Positions 9,181 through 19,882 are shown, counted from the first letter of the stretch. The stretch: DNA of 64,000 bases from Clostridia bacterium (GCA_050951325.1 JBMNIW010000008.1:192001-256000); one strand, 5' to 3'. The notes: a model not told the origin generated them from the sequence alone. Translations and numbers: made by a program.

Positions 9181-11135
9181 ATGGCAAAAAAAATATTACT
9201 TATTTTCCTTGTATTTTCCATGGTATTTCCGGCAGTACCCCTTACAGCAGAAGAAAAAGTTAATCTGATTAACGAGAGCACCACCATTCATTCAGCAAGT
9301 CCGCACTCAAATGCCAGCTTCGAAGACGGAGTTTTTAAGGAATTCCGGTAGGGAGTCATCTTTCACTTCTTGAAATACCAGGATTGATAAACCAGTACTC
9401 ATGGTCAGGAGATGTCAAGATACTTGAGTATGGCAACGACTCCGGCGCCAGCGGCGTCAGGTTTTGTATAGGTTACAATGGAGACAACTATCTGAACCTG
9501 ATACTGACCCGCAAAGTTGGAGTTTCAGCTGAAAAACTGGGCACAGGCGCAGAACTGGATGTATACCGCCTTACAAAAGATGGTTTCGACAGAGAATTGA
9601 ATCCGGGTACAGAGTTTCATTTTGAAATAAAGAAGCAGGGCAACTATGTAAGATTGCTGGTTGATGGCGAAGTGGTCATGGATACCGCCTTTGCTGACAG
9701 ATATGATTTCTTCACACCTGGCAACGATAGAAACATAGGTTTTAACAGTTCCAACTGTTCCTTCGAGGTAAGGAACATAAAGGTTTACAATGAAGCAGAA
9801 CTCCAACTCGATAGTGAACACAAACTCACTTTTGATGAACTGGCACTTGGTACTTTGGCAAGAGGAAGATACTCAAATTGGTATATCGAATGGCCATCTA
9901 CCAACTATTCCGGGGTTTCCTTGCACGATGGTACCAAGGCATTGGAGGTAAAAGGATATTTTCAATCCGTCTTTGCCTATCCAGTTCGCAGGAAATACAG
10001 TGTTGGTGTTAGTATGATCTCCAAAATTGATTCATCAAATACCGGATTGTTCATCCGGTCAAGCAATGACAGAATCCTGACACATAGCGACAATGCACCA
10101 CACGCCGAATACTTTGAAGCTGATAAAGCAGGCTCCATTGCAGGCACTGGTCTGTTTTTAAAGCCTTTGCACGGCAAAAATATAATTCAGATTGTTGTGA
10201 AGCAATATAACGAGGAAGCAGCAAGTAAAGTGCAATCCCAGGCTGTAAGCCTCGACATTGCAGATATCCTTGGGGACAACGATCAAACAACGAGCGTTGC
10301 AAATTACCGATTCGAGGATGATGGCTCAATAATTAATGCATATGTTAATGACACACTGGTTGTCATAATTGAGCTCTCAAAAGAAACCATAACATATCCT
10401 CGTTTAAACCAGGCCAAAAACTTTGGCCCGAGCCGGGATTCATACGTAAAATCCGTTACAATCAAAAGTCCAGACGGGAATGTCCTAAAAACTGTAAACA
10501 ACACTATGGTCTGTGCAGAGTACAGTGTGATGGGTGTTGCATCAAGGAGTCACAGCTCAAGTCATCCATATTACATATACGAGCTTGATGTTGAAATGGA
10601 ATTGGAAAAAATCCACACACCCAAACACGTTGAATATGCAGGTTCGCAAATTAGGACCACCCTCGTCCCCTATAAATCACAAAGCGGAAACCTTGATCTG
10701 GAAGATTTAAGACAAGGACTAAGATTCGCCTTTGATGTACCTGAAATAAACGACACAATTGGATACATGGGCAGAAGATATACGGTTGTTGACAATGGTG
10801 CCCTGGTGGTTCTTGAGAAAAATATTGGCGACTTGTCCCTTCTGACTTATGAGAATATCGACAATTACAAGATTGCTCTGCAGGACAAGCTTATTGAGGT
10901 GGAAGACGCTGGTTTTACTTATCAATCCGCCTATATCTATAACATTCCAAAGGAAGCCAGGAATGAAATGATAGCTGCAAGGGCCTTTATCAAATGTGAA
11001 GACGAGAACGGAAATGTCATATACCTTTACAGCGATGTACAAATACAAAGCGTTTTAAGTGTCTATGAGACAATAAAGAATGCAGGTATTGAACTGCCTG
11101 AAGACATTAAGGAGTGGTGTGAAGATGAAATATGA
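9181..11135 (+). CDS. Large secreted protein: two LamG/ConA-like beta-sandwich regions plus a C-terminal GSQIR-GLRF-ARAF domain; one frameshift near 9338
   Basis: Signal peptide MAKKILLIFLVFSMVFPAVPLTA. Adding one base at TTTAAGGA joins ORF 9181-9351 to ORF 9384-11135 (GVFKGIPVGSHLSLLEIPGLINQYSW). Confidence 0.75.
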
Positions 11136-11229
11136 AATACCTAATATGGAGATTGTAATGTTCGAAGCCGATGAGGTTATCACTGCAAGTGCTGATTACT
11201 TTGGAGTCGACTTTGAAGATTTGATATAG
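11125..11229 (+). CDS. 34-aa peptide MKYEIPNMEIVMFEADEVITASADYFGVDFEDLI (RiPP/lasso-leader-like)
   Basis: AAGGAGTGGTG RBS inside the upstream gene; start overlaps the upstream gene end by 11 nt; terminator immediately after; YxxP...T-x-S pattern. Confidence 0.8.
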   Translation: MKYEIPNMEIVMFEADEVITASADYFGVDFEDLI

Positions 11230-11238
11230 GTAATTAAT

Positions 11239-11268
11239 GGCAGTATCCATTACGGGTGCTGCCTTTTT
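11239..11268 (+). terminator. Intrinsic terminator
   Basis: GGCAGTATCC-ATTAC-GGGTGCTGCC-TTTTT. Confidence 0.85.
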
Positions 11269-11271
11269 GTA

Positions 11272-11300
11272 TTGCATCTAAAAACACTTTATTGTATAAT
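11272..11300 (+). promoter_or_regulatory. sigmaA promoter of downstream AraC gene
   Basis: TTGCAT-N17-TATAAT. Confidence 0.65.
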
Positions 11301-11326
11301 ATGTAAAAACACAAAGGATTCGAAAA

Positions 11327-12376
11327 ATGATATATACTCCCGTTTCTGACCATTTTGAGTACTTTGAAGAACTGGATGACGTTGAGCAGTTCTATAAAAC
11401 ATATTATGAAGTCAGGGATAATCCCAACAAAGTGGCAAAGCTCATTAAAAGTGTGGATAATCCCAAACTTTTTTTAGTGCCTGAAATCTATGGACATGAA
11501 GTGTTTAATATCAGGTCTTTGTTCGATGACGTATACGAACATGAAATAACAATTAGAAAACACGCCCGTTACAGTCCTCCCATTAATCATGAACACTCAT
11601 ATTATGAAATGATATACGTACTAAAAGGAAACGCCGACAATATAATTGAAGAGATACCATATAAGATGTCAGATGGAGATATATTTCTTTTGCCTCCCGG
11701 GGTTTGTCACAGAATCTGGGTGGGAGATGACAGTGTGATTGTGAATATAATAATCAAAAAGTCGCTTTTCACAGATCGCTTTCTAGAAGAAATCGGAAAA
11801 GACGGCGTTATTGCCAAATTTGTAAGGCAAAATGTCTATCAGCCTCTTGGTGAATCAAAACACTTAAAGTTCCACACACTACATCATGCACCGCTTAGGA
11901 ATATCCTTGCTTTACTAGTATCCGAAGCTTTCAGAGGACCTAATAGGTTTCAGATAAAGAAACTGCTATTGGCAACGGTGTTCAATTATCTCAAGGTCAG
12001 CGAGTTGTACGATGGAGAAGATACATGTTCTGAGAGTGAAATCACAAACAATATACTGGAGTACATACATAAAAACCATATGACTGTCACACTTTCAGAT
12101 GTGGCAAACCATTTCAATTATTCAGTTTCATACCTGAGCAAACTGATAAAAAAACTAACAGGCATGTCCTTTGTCAACATTCTACAGTCCATAAAACTCA
12201 AAGAAGCCTGTCACCTTCTTGTCACGACAAACTATAAAATTGAGACTATCATGGAGATGGTCGGATACAACAACACAATGTATTTCAACAGAGTGTTTAA
12301 AGAGAAGATTGGGACATCACCCAGCAGATACAGGAAGATGCACAAAGAATCCATGATAACAAGATCTGATAATTAG
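11327..12376 (+). CDS. AraC family transcriptional regulator
   Basis: HEHSYYEMIYVLKG cupin motif; C-terminal VGYNNTMYFNRVFKEKIGTSPSRYR. Confidence 0.93.
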   Translation: MIYTPVSDHFEYFEELDDVEQFYKTYYEVRDNPNKVAKLIKSVDNPKLFLVPEIYGHEVFNIRSLFDDVYEHEITIRKHARYSPPINHEHSYYEMIYVLKGNADNIIEEIPYKMSDGDIFLLPPGVCHRIWVGDDSVIVNIIIKKSLFTDRFLEEIGKDGVIAKFVRQNVYQPLGESKHLKFHTLHHAPLRNILALLVSEAFRGPNRFQIKKLLLATVFNYLKVSELYDGEDTCSESEITNNILEYIHKNHMTVTLSDVANHFNYSVSYLSKLIKKLTGMSFVNILQSIKLKEACHLLVTTNYKIETIMEMVGYNNTMYFNRVFKEKIGTSPSRYRKMHKESMITRSDN

Positions 12377-12414
12377 TTCTATCAATAAAGTTATCTGAAG
12401 GAAGTGAACATTTT

Positions 12415-13544
12415 ATGAGTGAAATTAAAATGGTTTTCAAGTGTACTATATCAAAAAGACAATTAATTCGGAGTCTCATACACTATGTTATTATAGTTTT
12501 GCTTTCCTTAATAATCCTTGCCCAGTATTCCCAAGTGATGGACCAATTCAAGTATGGAACGCACTATTTGGAACACCAGAACTGGGACATATGCATAACA
12601 ACCACGTCTTCTTCCGGAATTCCAATTGATAAATTCAACGAGATAGTAAGCGAGGAGAACATAATAACAAAGTATCAAAAGATATTTTGGTAGAAACACT
12701 GGTGAACGATTCCCTTGATAGTTTGTTTCATACACTGCTACCACAAGAAACCTTGATGTCATATGACAAGAAGCTTATGTCAAGAAAAGATGCCGTAGTT
12801 CTACCCCACTCTGTCGCAATGGAAATTGATGCAAAAGTCGGCGATACAGTGTCAGTACACGCACTTTTGACTGATGAAATACACGATTTTGTTCTGACCG
12901 CCATATATAATGATAATACATATATGCCGTTTTTTAAAGCAGTCGTCCTAAGCGGCAGTTTTCACTCTCTGGAAACTGAACCGGATTATAGTATCATTTT
13001 TGTGGATTTTCGAGATATGAATACTGCCTTGAAGGAAATTGAAAAACTAAAAAAGGACCTGGAAGGAAACCGCCATGACAACTCATCAAGAAGAACGAGC
13101 AATATCAGGTTGGAATACAGGGAGAGCCAGTTACAACTTGAGCTTTCATGGAGAGTATTCGACGAAAAGTCAATAGCCTTTCTTACCTTCTTCTCCATCT
13201 CCTCCTTGTGTTTACTGTTCTTTAATGAAAAACGCAAATCACTGATTGTAAACAGAAAAGCCTTTGGGGTACTGTCAGCCTTCGGGATGAAGCGAATACA
13301 CTATTTTACATATATGTTTGCAAGTTCATTCATATCTCAAATATTTGCATTCATTGTCGCCGCATTAATACTTAACATTTTCGTATATGATTCGATGGAT
13401 TCCTTTTACTTTACAAGGAATATAGTAGAGCTATCGCCGTTCTTTGCTCTCGCATTTGTCATAACTTCAATGGTGGTCGCTTTCCTTGCCTTGTGGCTCA
13501 TACGAAAAGAAAAGTTAATGGAGGCCCTTAATCAGGAAGTATAA
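12415..13544 (+). CDS. FtsX/MacB-like ABC transporter permease (frameshift near 12686)
   Basis: N-terminal TM, extracytoplasmic loop with KVGDTV, FGVLSAFGMKR motif and 3 C-terminal TMs. One extra T in the ATTTTGG run fuses the two ORFs. Confidence 0.65.
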
Positions 13545-13558
13545 ACTGGAGGTTCATC

Positions 13559-14671
13559 ATGCTGCTAAAGTATCTGGGTGCCTTATGGAAAAAAAGCTTT
13601 TTAAAACAGGTTTTATCTTTTGCATATTTGCTGCCTGTCATGCTGGTCATATTCACAAGTCTGCTTCAGATGGTACTGCCAAGTTACAGTAACTATCAAT
13701 TCTACAAAAGAAGCAACTTTACTTACATGTACAGCGATATACCTCTTACTGCAGATAATCCATTACAAAGCATCAATGTGGAAGAAGGAGTTTTAATGCC
13801 TTCGAATCACATGGCTGTTTACTCTCAGTTAAATGAGATGGAATACGAGCAGATGTCCTTCTTTGAGAAAAACTCCTTTGAAGATGTTCACTTTGCAACA
13901 AAAGACATGGACATTCATGCAACCTACTTTTCCAAAGACAACTTCATAACCAAAGTAAAAGAGTTTAAGGATAACACAATATACATATCCTACAGCACTG
14001 CAAAGAGTCTGGGGGTCAAGATAGGTGACTTGGTAGCAGTAAAAATACAGGACGACTTTTTGGAGGAAAAAGAAATCAGATTGACTGTCGCAGGATTTAT
14101 TAAACCGCTGTATAGAGATCTTACCCTGTCCTACTCCACCCACACAGGCTTTACAGCGCTGGCTATAATTAGCAAGGAGGATTATGACTTTATTCTTGAA
14201 AATGTTATACGTATAAACTACACCTTCTTTACAGACAAAGTCCAAAATGCAAGTCTAAAGGCCTACGAAGTCAATAAAGATGACTTGGTGAAGTCCGTTG
14301 AGATGTTCTTTGACTTGAAAGAATCAAAAAGGAAAATAGCCTTGTCTGCACTATCCACAATCGCAGCCATTGTTTTTCTCACCTATTTTGAGTTCAGTTT
14401 TGCCAGAAGAAAGAACAGAAAAGACATAGAAACTTTTATGAAGCTAGGAATGCCTGCAAAAAACGTTCGCATAATCTACTTTTTAATAGTTTACACAAGT
14501 TTTGCAATAACAGTACTTCTTACATTGCTTATCAGCAAGTTCATTTACCTTGACAGAATGGTTGGCATATATTGCGATCCTGTTGTACTGCTGACATTCT
14601 TTGCAATCATTCTTATAACAGGAAGCATTTCAATACTGGTCCAGTCGTTGTTTATAAAGCGGTATTGCTAG
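13559..14671 (+). CDS. FtsX/MacB-like ABC transporter permease
   Basis: TM, loop with AKSLGVKIGDLV, DIETFMKLGM motif and C-terminal TMs. GGAGG RBS. Confidence 0.7.
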   Translation: MLLKYLGALWKKSFLKQVLSFAYLLPVMLVIFTSLLQMVLPSYSNYQFYKRSNFTYMYSDIPLTADNPLQSINVEEGVLMPSNHMAVYSQLNEMEYEQMSFFEKNSFEDVHFATKDMDIHATYFSKDNFITKVKEFKDNTIYISYSTAKSLGVKIGDLVAVKIQDDFLEEKEIRLTVAGFIKPLYRDLTLSYSTHTGFTALAIISKEDYDFILENVIRINYTFFTDKVQNASLKAYEVNKDDLVKSVEMFFDLKESKRKIALSALSTIAAIVFLTYFEFSFARRKNRKDIETFMKLGMPAKNVRIIYFLIVYTSFAITVLLTLLISKFIYLDRMVGIYCDPVVLLTFFAIILITGSISILVQSLFIKRYC

Positions 14672-14684
14672 TCAGCAATACCGC
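14659..14684. terminator. Hairpin between convergent genes, probable terminator
   Basis: GCGGTATTGCT-AGTC-AGCAATACCGC, a perfect 11-bp stem. Confidence 0.65.
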
Positions 14685-14711
14685 AAATCATCCGTATCAA
14701 AGATCGTAAGG

Positions 14712-15281
14712 TTAATGCGGCGGGGGAGTTTGAGCTACAAACATCTTGTCAAAAAGCTCCATTTCAAGCAAGGAAGGGTCAAACTTTTCATTGACATCAC
14801 AAGTCAATGCCAAATATGTGTTCTCATTCACCCGTTTAACAATGATACTCCTGTTGTTATCCCACTCAAAGTAATTGTATTCCTTTCCATTGTATTCAAC
14901 TACATCCTCATATATTGTTCCATCATCAGTAACATAGGATAACTGTAACTTGTATTCATTATATAAAATCCAATATGTGTATCCTTTCTTGTTAAACATG
15001 CGGCAATCAGGATTGGGGTAGTCCTCCACTCTATATATCAGCTCAAACCGTGATATCTCAAACTGTGTATTAACAGTATAAATATCGTAGAAATTACGAT
15101 GTATAAGCTCTATGTATTCCCAGGAATCAACCATGTCCTCAATCACATAACCTCTTGAAACCTCACCATTATACGGAGATATGTAAGTGTCGGGCGTATT
15201 CTCATGCATGGTATTTTCCTGTTTTAAGCAACCGGACAGTAACACAAGCAGAAATATTAATAACAAAACAGTTTTTCTCAT
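14712..15281 (-). CDS. Hypothetical lipoprotein
   Basis: Lipobox LLSGC, GGAGGAG RBS; lies downstream of the ECF/anti-sigma pair. Confidence 0.75.
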   Translation of the reverse strand: MRKTVLLLIFLLVLLSGCLKQENTMHENTPDTYISPYNGEVSRGYVIEDMVDSWEYIELIHRNFYDIYTVNTQFEISRFELIYRVEDYPNPDCRMFNKKGYTYWILYNEYKLQLSYVTDDGTIYEDVVEYNGKEYNYFEWDNNRSIIVKRVNENTYLALTCDVNEKFDPSLLEMELFDKMFVAQTPPPH

Positions 15282-15319
15282 ACAACTCCTCCATTAGTCA
15301 TCTTCATAAATATATACAA

Positions 15320-16012
15320 CTATGAAGCATTGATGGTCACAACAAACTCTTGTGCTTTTTCACCTGAAACAACTACAAGAATGTTTTCGAATAGAAAGAT
15401 GGCTTCATCCAATGAATTTTTCATTAAATAATCAAAACTACTTCCTTTATACATATTGTAATTCTTGTTCTCTTCCATACTCCTATGATATGATTCAATG
15501 GTTGTGTTACCATATCCGGTGTTGTAATACAGATCTAGCTCCAAACCATTCTCTAAATAGAAAACCACCCTATTATCCTCAAGCAACTCTATAACGCCAA
15601 TTCTGGAGTCATCCAGTTTCATCATATCGGTCAAAGGCTTAACCTCGTAATAAAACTCCTCATCTTTCTTTACTTCCTCAAATAAAGAATCCATATCAAA
15701 AAAAGTCATGCTCCTTTTCGTCGGTGCAGGATTAAGTGTTTTAGTTGGCTCTGGAGTAAAAGAACTATTAGGCACTGTAATATTTGGTGTATTTGTTGGC
15801 TCATTTAGAATTACACCAGGATCCTTCTGTCTGTCAGAAAAGATAAAAAGAAGTACAAAAAAAAGCAAGAAGACAGCCGCAATGCTTGCATAAACCTTTC
15901 TTTTTTTGCCTTTCCCTAGTTTCCCCTTTATACCTTTTTGAATTCTTTCGTCCGCTTCAGGGGTTAACTTGATACTCTCAAACTTATCCTTTAAATACTC
16001 CATCTCATTCAT
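15320..16012 (-). CDS. Putative single-TM anti-sigma factor
   Basis: Overlaps the ECF sigma gene; short cytoplasmic N-terminus, one TM, Pro/Thr linker, extracellular domain. Confidence 0.7.
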   Translation of the reverse strand: MNEMEYLKDKFESIKLTPEADERIQKGIKGKLGKGKKRKVYASIAAVFLLFFVLLFIFSDRQKDPGVILNEPTNTPNITVPNSSFTPEPTKTLNPAPTKRSMTFFDMDSLFEEVKKDEEFYYEVKPLTDMMKLDDSRIGVIELLEDNRVVFYLENGLELDLYYNTGYGNTTIESYHRSMEENKNYNMYKGSSFDYLMKNSLDEAIFLFENILVVVSGEKAQEFVVTINAS

Positions 16013-16448
16013 CTCCAAGAACCTCCTTGAGCTTCTCCCTGCTTCTCTTCAGTTGCATTTTAATTGCGGACTCCGACATATTCATCATTCCGGCAATATC
16101 ACCAACTGTATACTGTTCGTAATAATACAGGAGCATAATCAACCTGCTCTTATCAGGCAAAACAGACAATATATCAAGTATCTCAATTCTTTCCACATTC
16201 ATATCTTCTGGTACATCAATTTCATCTGCTTTGTCGACAAACCTTCTCCAATAAGATTTTCTGAAATTTATGCACATGTTTACTGTAACCCTTGCAAACC
16301 AGTTGCGTGCATGCTCCTGACTTTCAAATTTGGGAAGTCGCTTGTAATATGATACAAAAACATTCTGCACCAAGTCCTCCGCATCAAATGTGTTGCCCAA
16401 ATATATCACAGATATTCTGTACACAAGATTTTTGTATGTTTCATACAT
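16005..16448 (-). CDS. ECF RNA polymerase sigma factor
   Basis: DAEDLVQNVF, WFARVTVN (region 2); YTVGDIAGMMNMSESAIKMQLKRSR (region 4). Confidence 0.9.
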   Translation of the reverse strand: MYETYKNLVYRISVIYLGNTFDAEDLVQNVFVSYYKRLPKFESQEHARNWFARVTVNMCINFRKSYWRRFVDKADEIDVPEDMNVERIEILDILSVLPDKSRLIMLLYYYEQYTVGDIAGMMNMSESAIKMQLKRSREKLKEVLGDE

Positions 16449-16551
16449 TTCTTAGTCTTTCTCCTTCATTACCATATACAATCCATCTCCCCAAATGGTC
16501 ACACATGAGTTTGGAATATTAAAAATGCTATTATATAGTCAGGTCCAATAA

Positions 16552-18153
16552 TTAATCTCCATACAAACTTTCAACCGCAGCTCTTTCTATCTCAAGTCCT
16601 CTTTTGTACCTCTCCAAAAAGACATTGAACCCTTTTACATCCTTTTCATCAGGCTCCAATACAGAAGAATCATCCTGTGCAAACACTTTGCCATCAAGAT
16701 AACCTGTCAAAGTCTCATCTTTTTGCCTGTTCTTCATGTAAGAAGCAAGAAGAGCAATACCCCAGGCCCCGCCTTCACCGGCGGTATCAAGCACCGACAC
16801 AGGTACATTCAGTGCGGCAGCCATTACCCTTTGGCCAACACCCTTGGTTTTGAAGAAACCTCCATGACCCCTTAAGTTATTTATCCTGATATCCTCCTGA
16901 TTCAAAATATCCATACCTATTCTCAATGTGGCAATTGATGAGTACATGAGAGTTCTCATAAAGTTTGCAAGATTAAACACACTGCCTGACCTGTATGTAA
17001 AAAGCGGGCATCCTTTTTCAAAACCAGTAATATGTTCTCCGGAAAGATAGTTGTATGCAAGAAGTTCACCGCCGTCTTCTTCACCCTCCAAAGCCATGTT
17101 GAACAAAGTTTCATAGATTCTTCCTATTTCCACATCAAAACCCATTCTTAGCGTATATTCCTTAAACAAGGAGACCCAGGCGTTAAGCTCGGAGCTGCAG
17201 TTGTTGCAGTGTACCATGGCAACCAAATCACCTGCAGGGGTTGTAACCAAATCGATTTCCGGGTATACCTTTTTAAGTTCCTTGTCCAGTACAAACATGG
17301 CAAATACACTTGTTCCTGCTGATACATTACCTGTGTACCTGGCTATGCTGTTTGTGGCAACCATGCCTGTTCCAGCATCTCCTTCTGGCGGACACAAGGG
17401 TATGCCTGGCTTCAGCCTTCCTGCAGGGTCAATCAGTCTTGCTCCCTTCTCTGTTAGAACACCTGCATCAGCACCTGCAGCAAGAACCTTTGGCAGTATG
17501 TCTCTTGTTCTAAAAGGCATGTTTCTATCCTTTAGTACGCTGTCAAATAGACACAGCATGTCTCCATTGTAGTCTTTGGCATGAATGTCAATCGGGAACA
17601 TACCTGAGGCATCCCCAATCCCAAGCACCTTCTTTCCAGTCAGCTGCCAATGTACATATCCGCTTAGAGTAACAAGATAGTCAATCCTTTTAACATGGTC
17701 TTCCCCATTCAATATGGCTTGGTAAAGATGGGCAATGCTCCACCTTTGCGGGATATTGTATTGAAACATCCCTGTAAGCTCCTTCGATGCTTTTTCAGTA
17801 TATGTATTTCTCCAGGTTCTGAAAGGTACAAGGAGCTTTTCACCCTCAAAGGCAAGATATCCATGCATCATTGCACTTATTCCAATGGAGCCTACTCTGC
17901 TTAGTGTTAGTCCATATCTCTTCTTAACATCCTCAAAAAGATTTCTGTAGCTTTCCTGGATACCTTTAAAGACATCATCAAGGGAATAGGTCCAATTGCC
18001 ATCAATATATTCGCTTTCCCACTCAAAACTGCCTGCTGCCACAGGTTCATGATCATCAGTAATGAGAACGGATTTGATTCTTGTTGAACCAATTTCAATT
18101 CCCAAGGACGTTCTACCACAACTTATGCATTCAATAACCTTGTCAACGCTCAT
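16552..18153 (-). CDS. FGGY-family carbohydrate kinase (L-ribulokinase/xylulokinase type)
   Basis: [43 protein letters not shown] and GHGGFFKT motifs. Confidence 0.88.
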   Translation of the reverse strand: MSVDKVIECISCGRTSLGIEIGSTRIKSVLITDDHEPVAAGSFEWESEYIDGNWTYSLDDVFKGIQESYRNLFEDVKKRYGLTLSRVGSIGISAMMHGYLAFEGEKLLVPFRTWRNTYTEKASKELTGMFQYNIPQRWSIAHLYQAILNGEDHVKRIDYLVTLSGYVHWQLTGKKVLGIGDASGMFPIDIHAKDYNGDMLCLFDSVLKDRNMPFRTRDILPKVLAAGADAGVLTEKGARLIDPAGRLKPGIPLCPPEGDAGTGMVATNSIARYTGNVSAGTSVFAMFVLDKELKKVYPEIDLVTTPAGDLVAMVHCNNCSSELNAWVSLFKEYTLRMGFDVEIGRIYETLFNMALEGEEDGGELLAYNYLSGEHITGFEKGCPLFTYRSGSVFNLANFMRTLMYSSIATLRIGMDILNQEDIRINNLRGHGGFFKTKGVGQRVMAAALNVPVSVLDTAGEGGAWGIALLASYMKNRQKDETLTGYLDGKVFAQDDSSVLEPDEKDVKGFNVFLERYKRGLEIERAAVESLYGD

Positions 18154-18238
18154 ATACCAAAACCTCTCTTCATTTCCAATGTTATGTCAAAAATACAACA
18201 ATAACATGGGAGTGTCAATCGATGCATTTAATAATAAC

Positions 18239-18268
18239 AAAAAACCGCACATCATTTAGATGCACGGC
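18239..18268 (-). terminator. Intrinsic terminator
   Basis: Minus strand GCCGTGCATC-TAAAT-GATGTGCGGT followed by a T-run. Confidence 0.6.
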
Positions 18269-18278
18269 TCATAATTAT

Positions 18279-18377
18279 CTAAATCGTCATATGATAGTTG
18301 CCAGTAATGGAATAGGCAAAAAGGAACATGCCTCTTTCCAATGAATTGAAAAGATATGTCAAGCTTTCCAAATCTCC
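18279..18377 (-). pseudogene. Fragment resembling the N-terminus of an ECF sigma factor
   Basis: Translates GDLESLTYLFNSLERGMFLFAYSITGNYHMTI*, like ECF region 1.2-2.1, cut just before the AED motif. No start codon. Confidence 0.4.
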
Positions 18378-18435
18378 TTAAAAGCATTTTCACTTATATA
18401 ATCTCTGAGAAGGGCTGTTTGTGACACTAATTTAT

Positions 18436-19563
18436 TTATTCTATTGTTTTTGCCAAAAATGATCCATCAAGATTCCACACAAGCTCCTTTATCTCAAAGA
18501 AGTGCAGCTGATTTGGCTCATGGGAAATATAGGAGATGTACCATTTGCCTTTGCTGAAATATACTTCGCTGGCAGAAACCGACCCGATTATTGTTCTGAT
18601 ATCCGGATCCGCATCAACAAACCCAGTGGTCGGCTTGTCAGAGACCGCAAACACGGTGCCTGCCTTGTAGTCTGTATAGAACAAATAGTATTTGTTGTCT
18701 TTCTTTACTACGAAAGGTGACTCCGGTGGTGTGTTTAAGCTCTCATTAAGAACAAAATATCCTTCATCCTTCCAGTCGTACAGATTTTTGGAAGATGCAA
18801 CGCCAATTGCGTAAATGTTTCTTTTGTATTCCTCACTGTACATGTGAGCACAATAATAGGCGTAGAAGGTGTCACCATCTTTCAAAATACATGGATCTCT
18901 TCCATCGGACCAGGTGTCCTTGTTCCAAATCGCCCACTTGCCTGGAATTATAACCGGGTTGTTTTCATACCTCTCCCAGTGGTACAGATCCCTTGATTTT
19001 GCAAGTCCAATTGCCTGGGCCACATTGTTGTTCACCCCTGTATAGAACATCCAGTACTCACCCTCATGATATATCACATGAGGCGCCCATACCTGGTATT
19101 CATCCCACTCCCCTTCTTTGGTCTGCAGCACCGGTTCTTTTACTTCCCAGTTTATCAGGTCTGTACTTACGGCATGCCCAAAGTTGTTGGTTGGACATTC
19201 AGCCCATGTAGTCACCGCCTTGCCTCTTATGTAAAAAAGATGATGAACACCATCCTTTTCAATCAAGGCATGGTCTATTACCGTTCCACCAATTTCGGCA
19301 AATCTTCCTACATAGGGTATCCTATTACTCTTAAGCTGCTTAAGTATGTCCTTTGCCTGCTGAATTATATCTTCGGGAGAGCCATATGAATCATCAACCC
19401 ATTCAAACCTTCCTTTGGGTATTTGCTCCTTTAACATCCTCTCCGCCCTGCCAAGCAGACACAACCCAATTTCTCTAGCCTTTTCAAACTCGAACTGATT
19501 GGAATAGTTGTCCTCGTTCAAATTACGAAAGCCCTTTCTAATGCTTTCAATATCATTAAACAT
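18436..19563 (-). CDS. Cytoplasmic GH32/GH43-like five-bladed beta-propeller hydrolase
   Basis: HLFY, FGHAVSTDLINW, VWAPHV, GRDPCI and PESPFV motifs. Confidence 0.8.
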   Translation of the reverse strand: MFNDIESIRKGFRNLNEDNYSNQFEFEKAREIGLCLLGRAERMLKEQIPKGRFEWVDDSYGSPEDIIQQAKDILKQLKSNRIPYVGRFAEIGGTVIDHALIEKDGVHHLFYIRGKAVTTWAECPTNNFGHAVSTDLINWEVKEPVLQTKEGEWDEYQVWAPHVIYHEGEYWMFYTGVNNNVAQAIGLAKSRDLYHWERYENNPVIIPGKWAIWNKDTWSDGRDPCILKDGDTFYAYYCAHMYSEEYKRNIYAIGVASSKNLYDWKDEGYFVLNESLNTPPESPFVVKKDNKYYLFYTDYKAGTVFAVSDKPTTGFVDADPDIRTIIGSVSASEVYFSKGKWYISYISHEPNQLHFFEIKELVWNLDGSFLAKTIE

Positions 19564-19644
19564 CCAAATTCACTCCCATTAATTCATGTCAATTTGAAAA
19601 TAGCATACATGAGCAGAAGACCGAAGTCAATCTTGTGAAATAGC

Positions 19645-19672
19645 AAAAACACCCACATAACTGTGAGTGTTT
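19645..19672 (-). terminator. Intrinsic terminator of the ECF/ZAS operon
   Basis: Minus strand AAACACTCACA-GTTA-TGTGGGTGTTT-TT. Confidence 0.7.
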
Positions 19673-19681
19673 GAGAGCTGC

Positions 19682-19882
19682 TTAGAAAATTCTAAATCCT
19701 CCTGTTTCTTTCACAAGATCCTTTGCATGTACTTTGGGCATGCCTGACTTAATCAGGCTGCGTAGAAAAACAACTCTGAAAACAAGATATCTAATCAAAA
19801 ACCAAAGCAGAATAAAAGGTAAAAGGACAATCAACACCAATACTTTAACAACAAAACTTATCAAATGAAACAACGTCTTCAT
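19682..19882 (-). CDS. Small membrane protein
   Basis: Long hydrophobic N-terminal half; last gene of the operon; GAGG RBS. Confidence 0.7.
   Translation of the reverse strand: MKTLFHLISFVVKVLVLIVLLPFILLWFLIRYLVFRVVFLRSLIKSGMPKVHAKDLVKETGGFRIF

Noticed and set aside
9330-9384. TAG readthrough (pyrrolysine or recoding) joining ORFs 9181-9351 and 9384-11135
   Set aside because: The two ORFs are in different frames, and a one-base indel explains the join.
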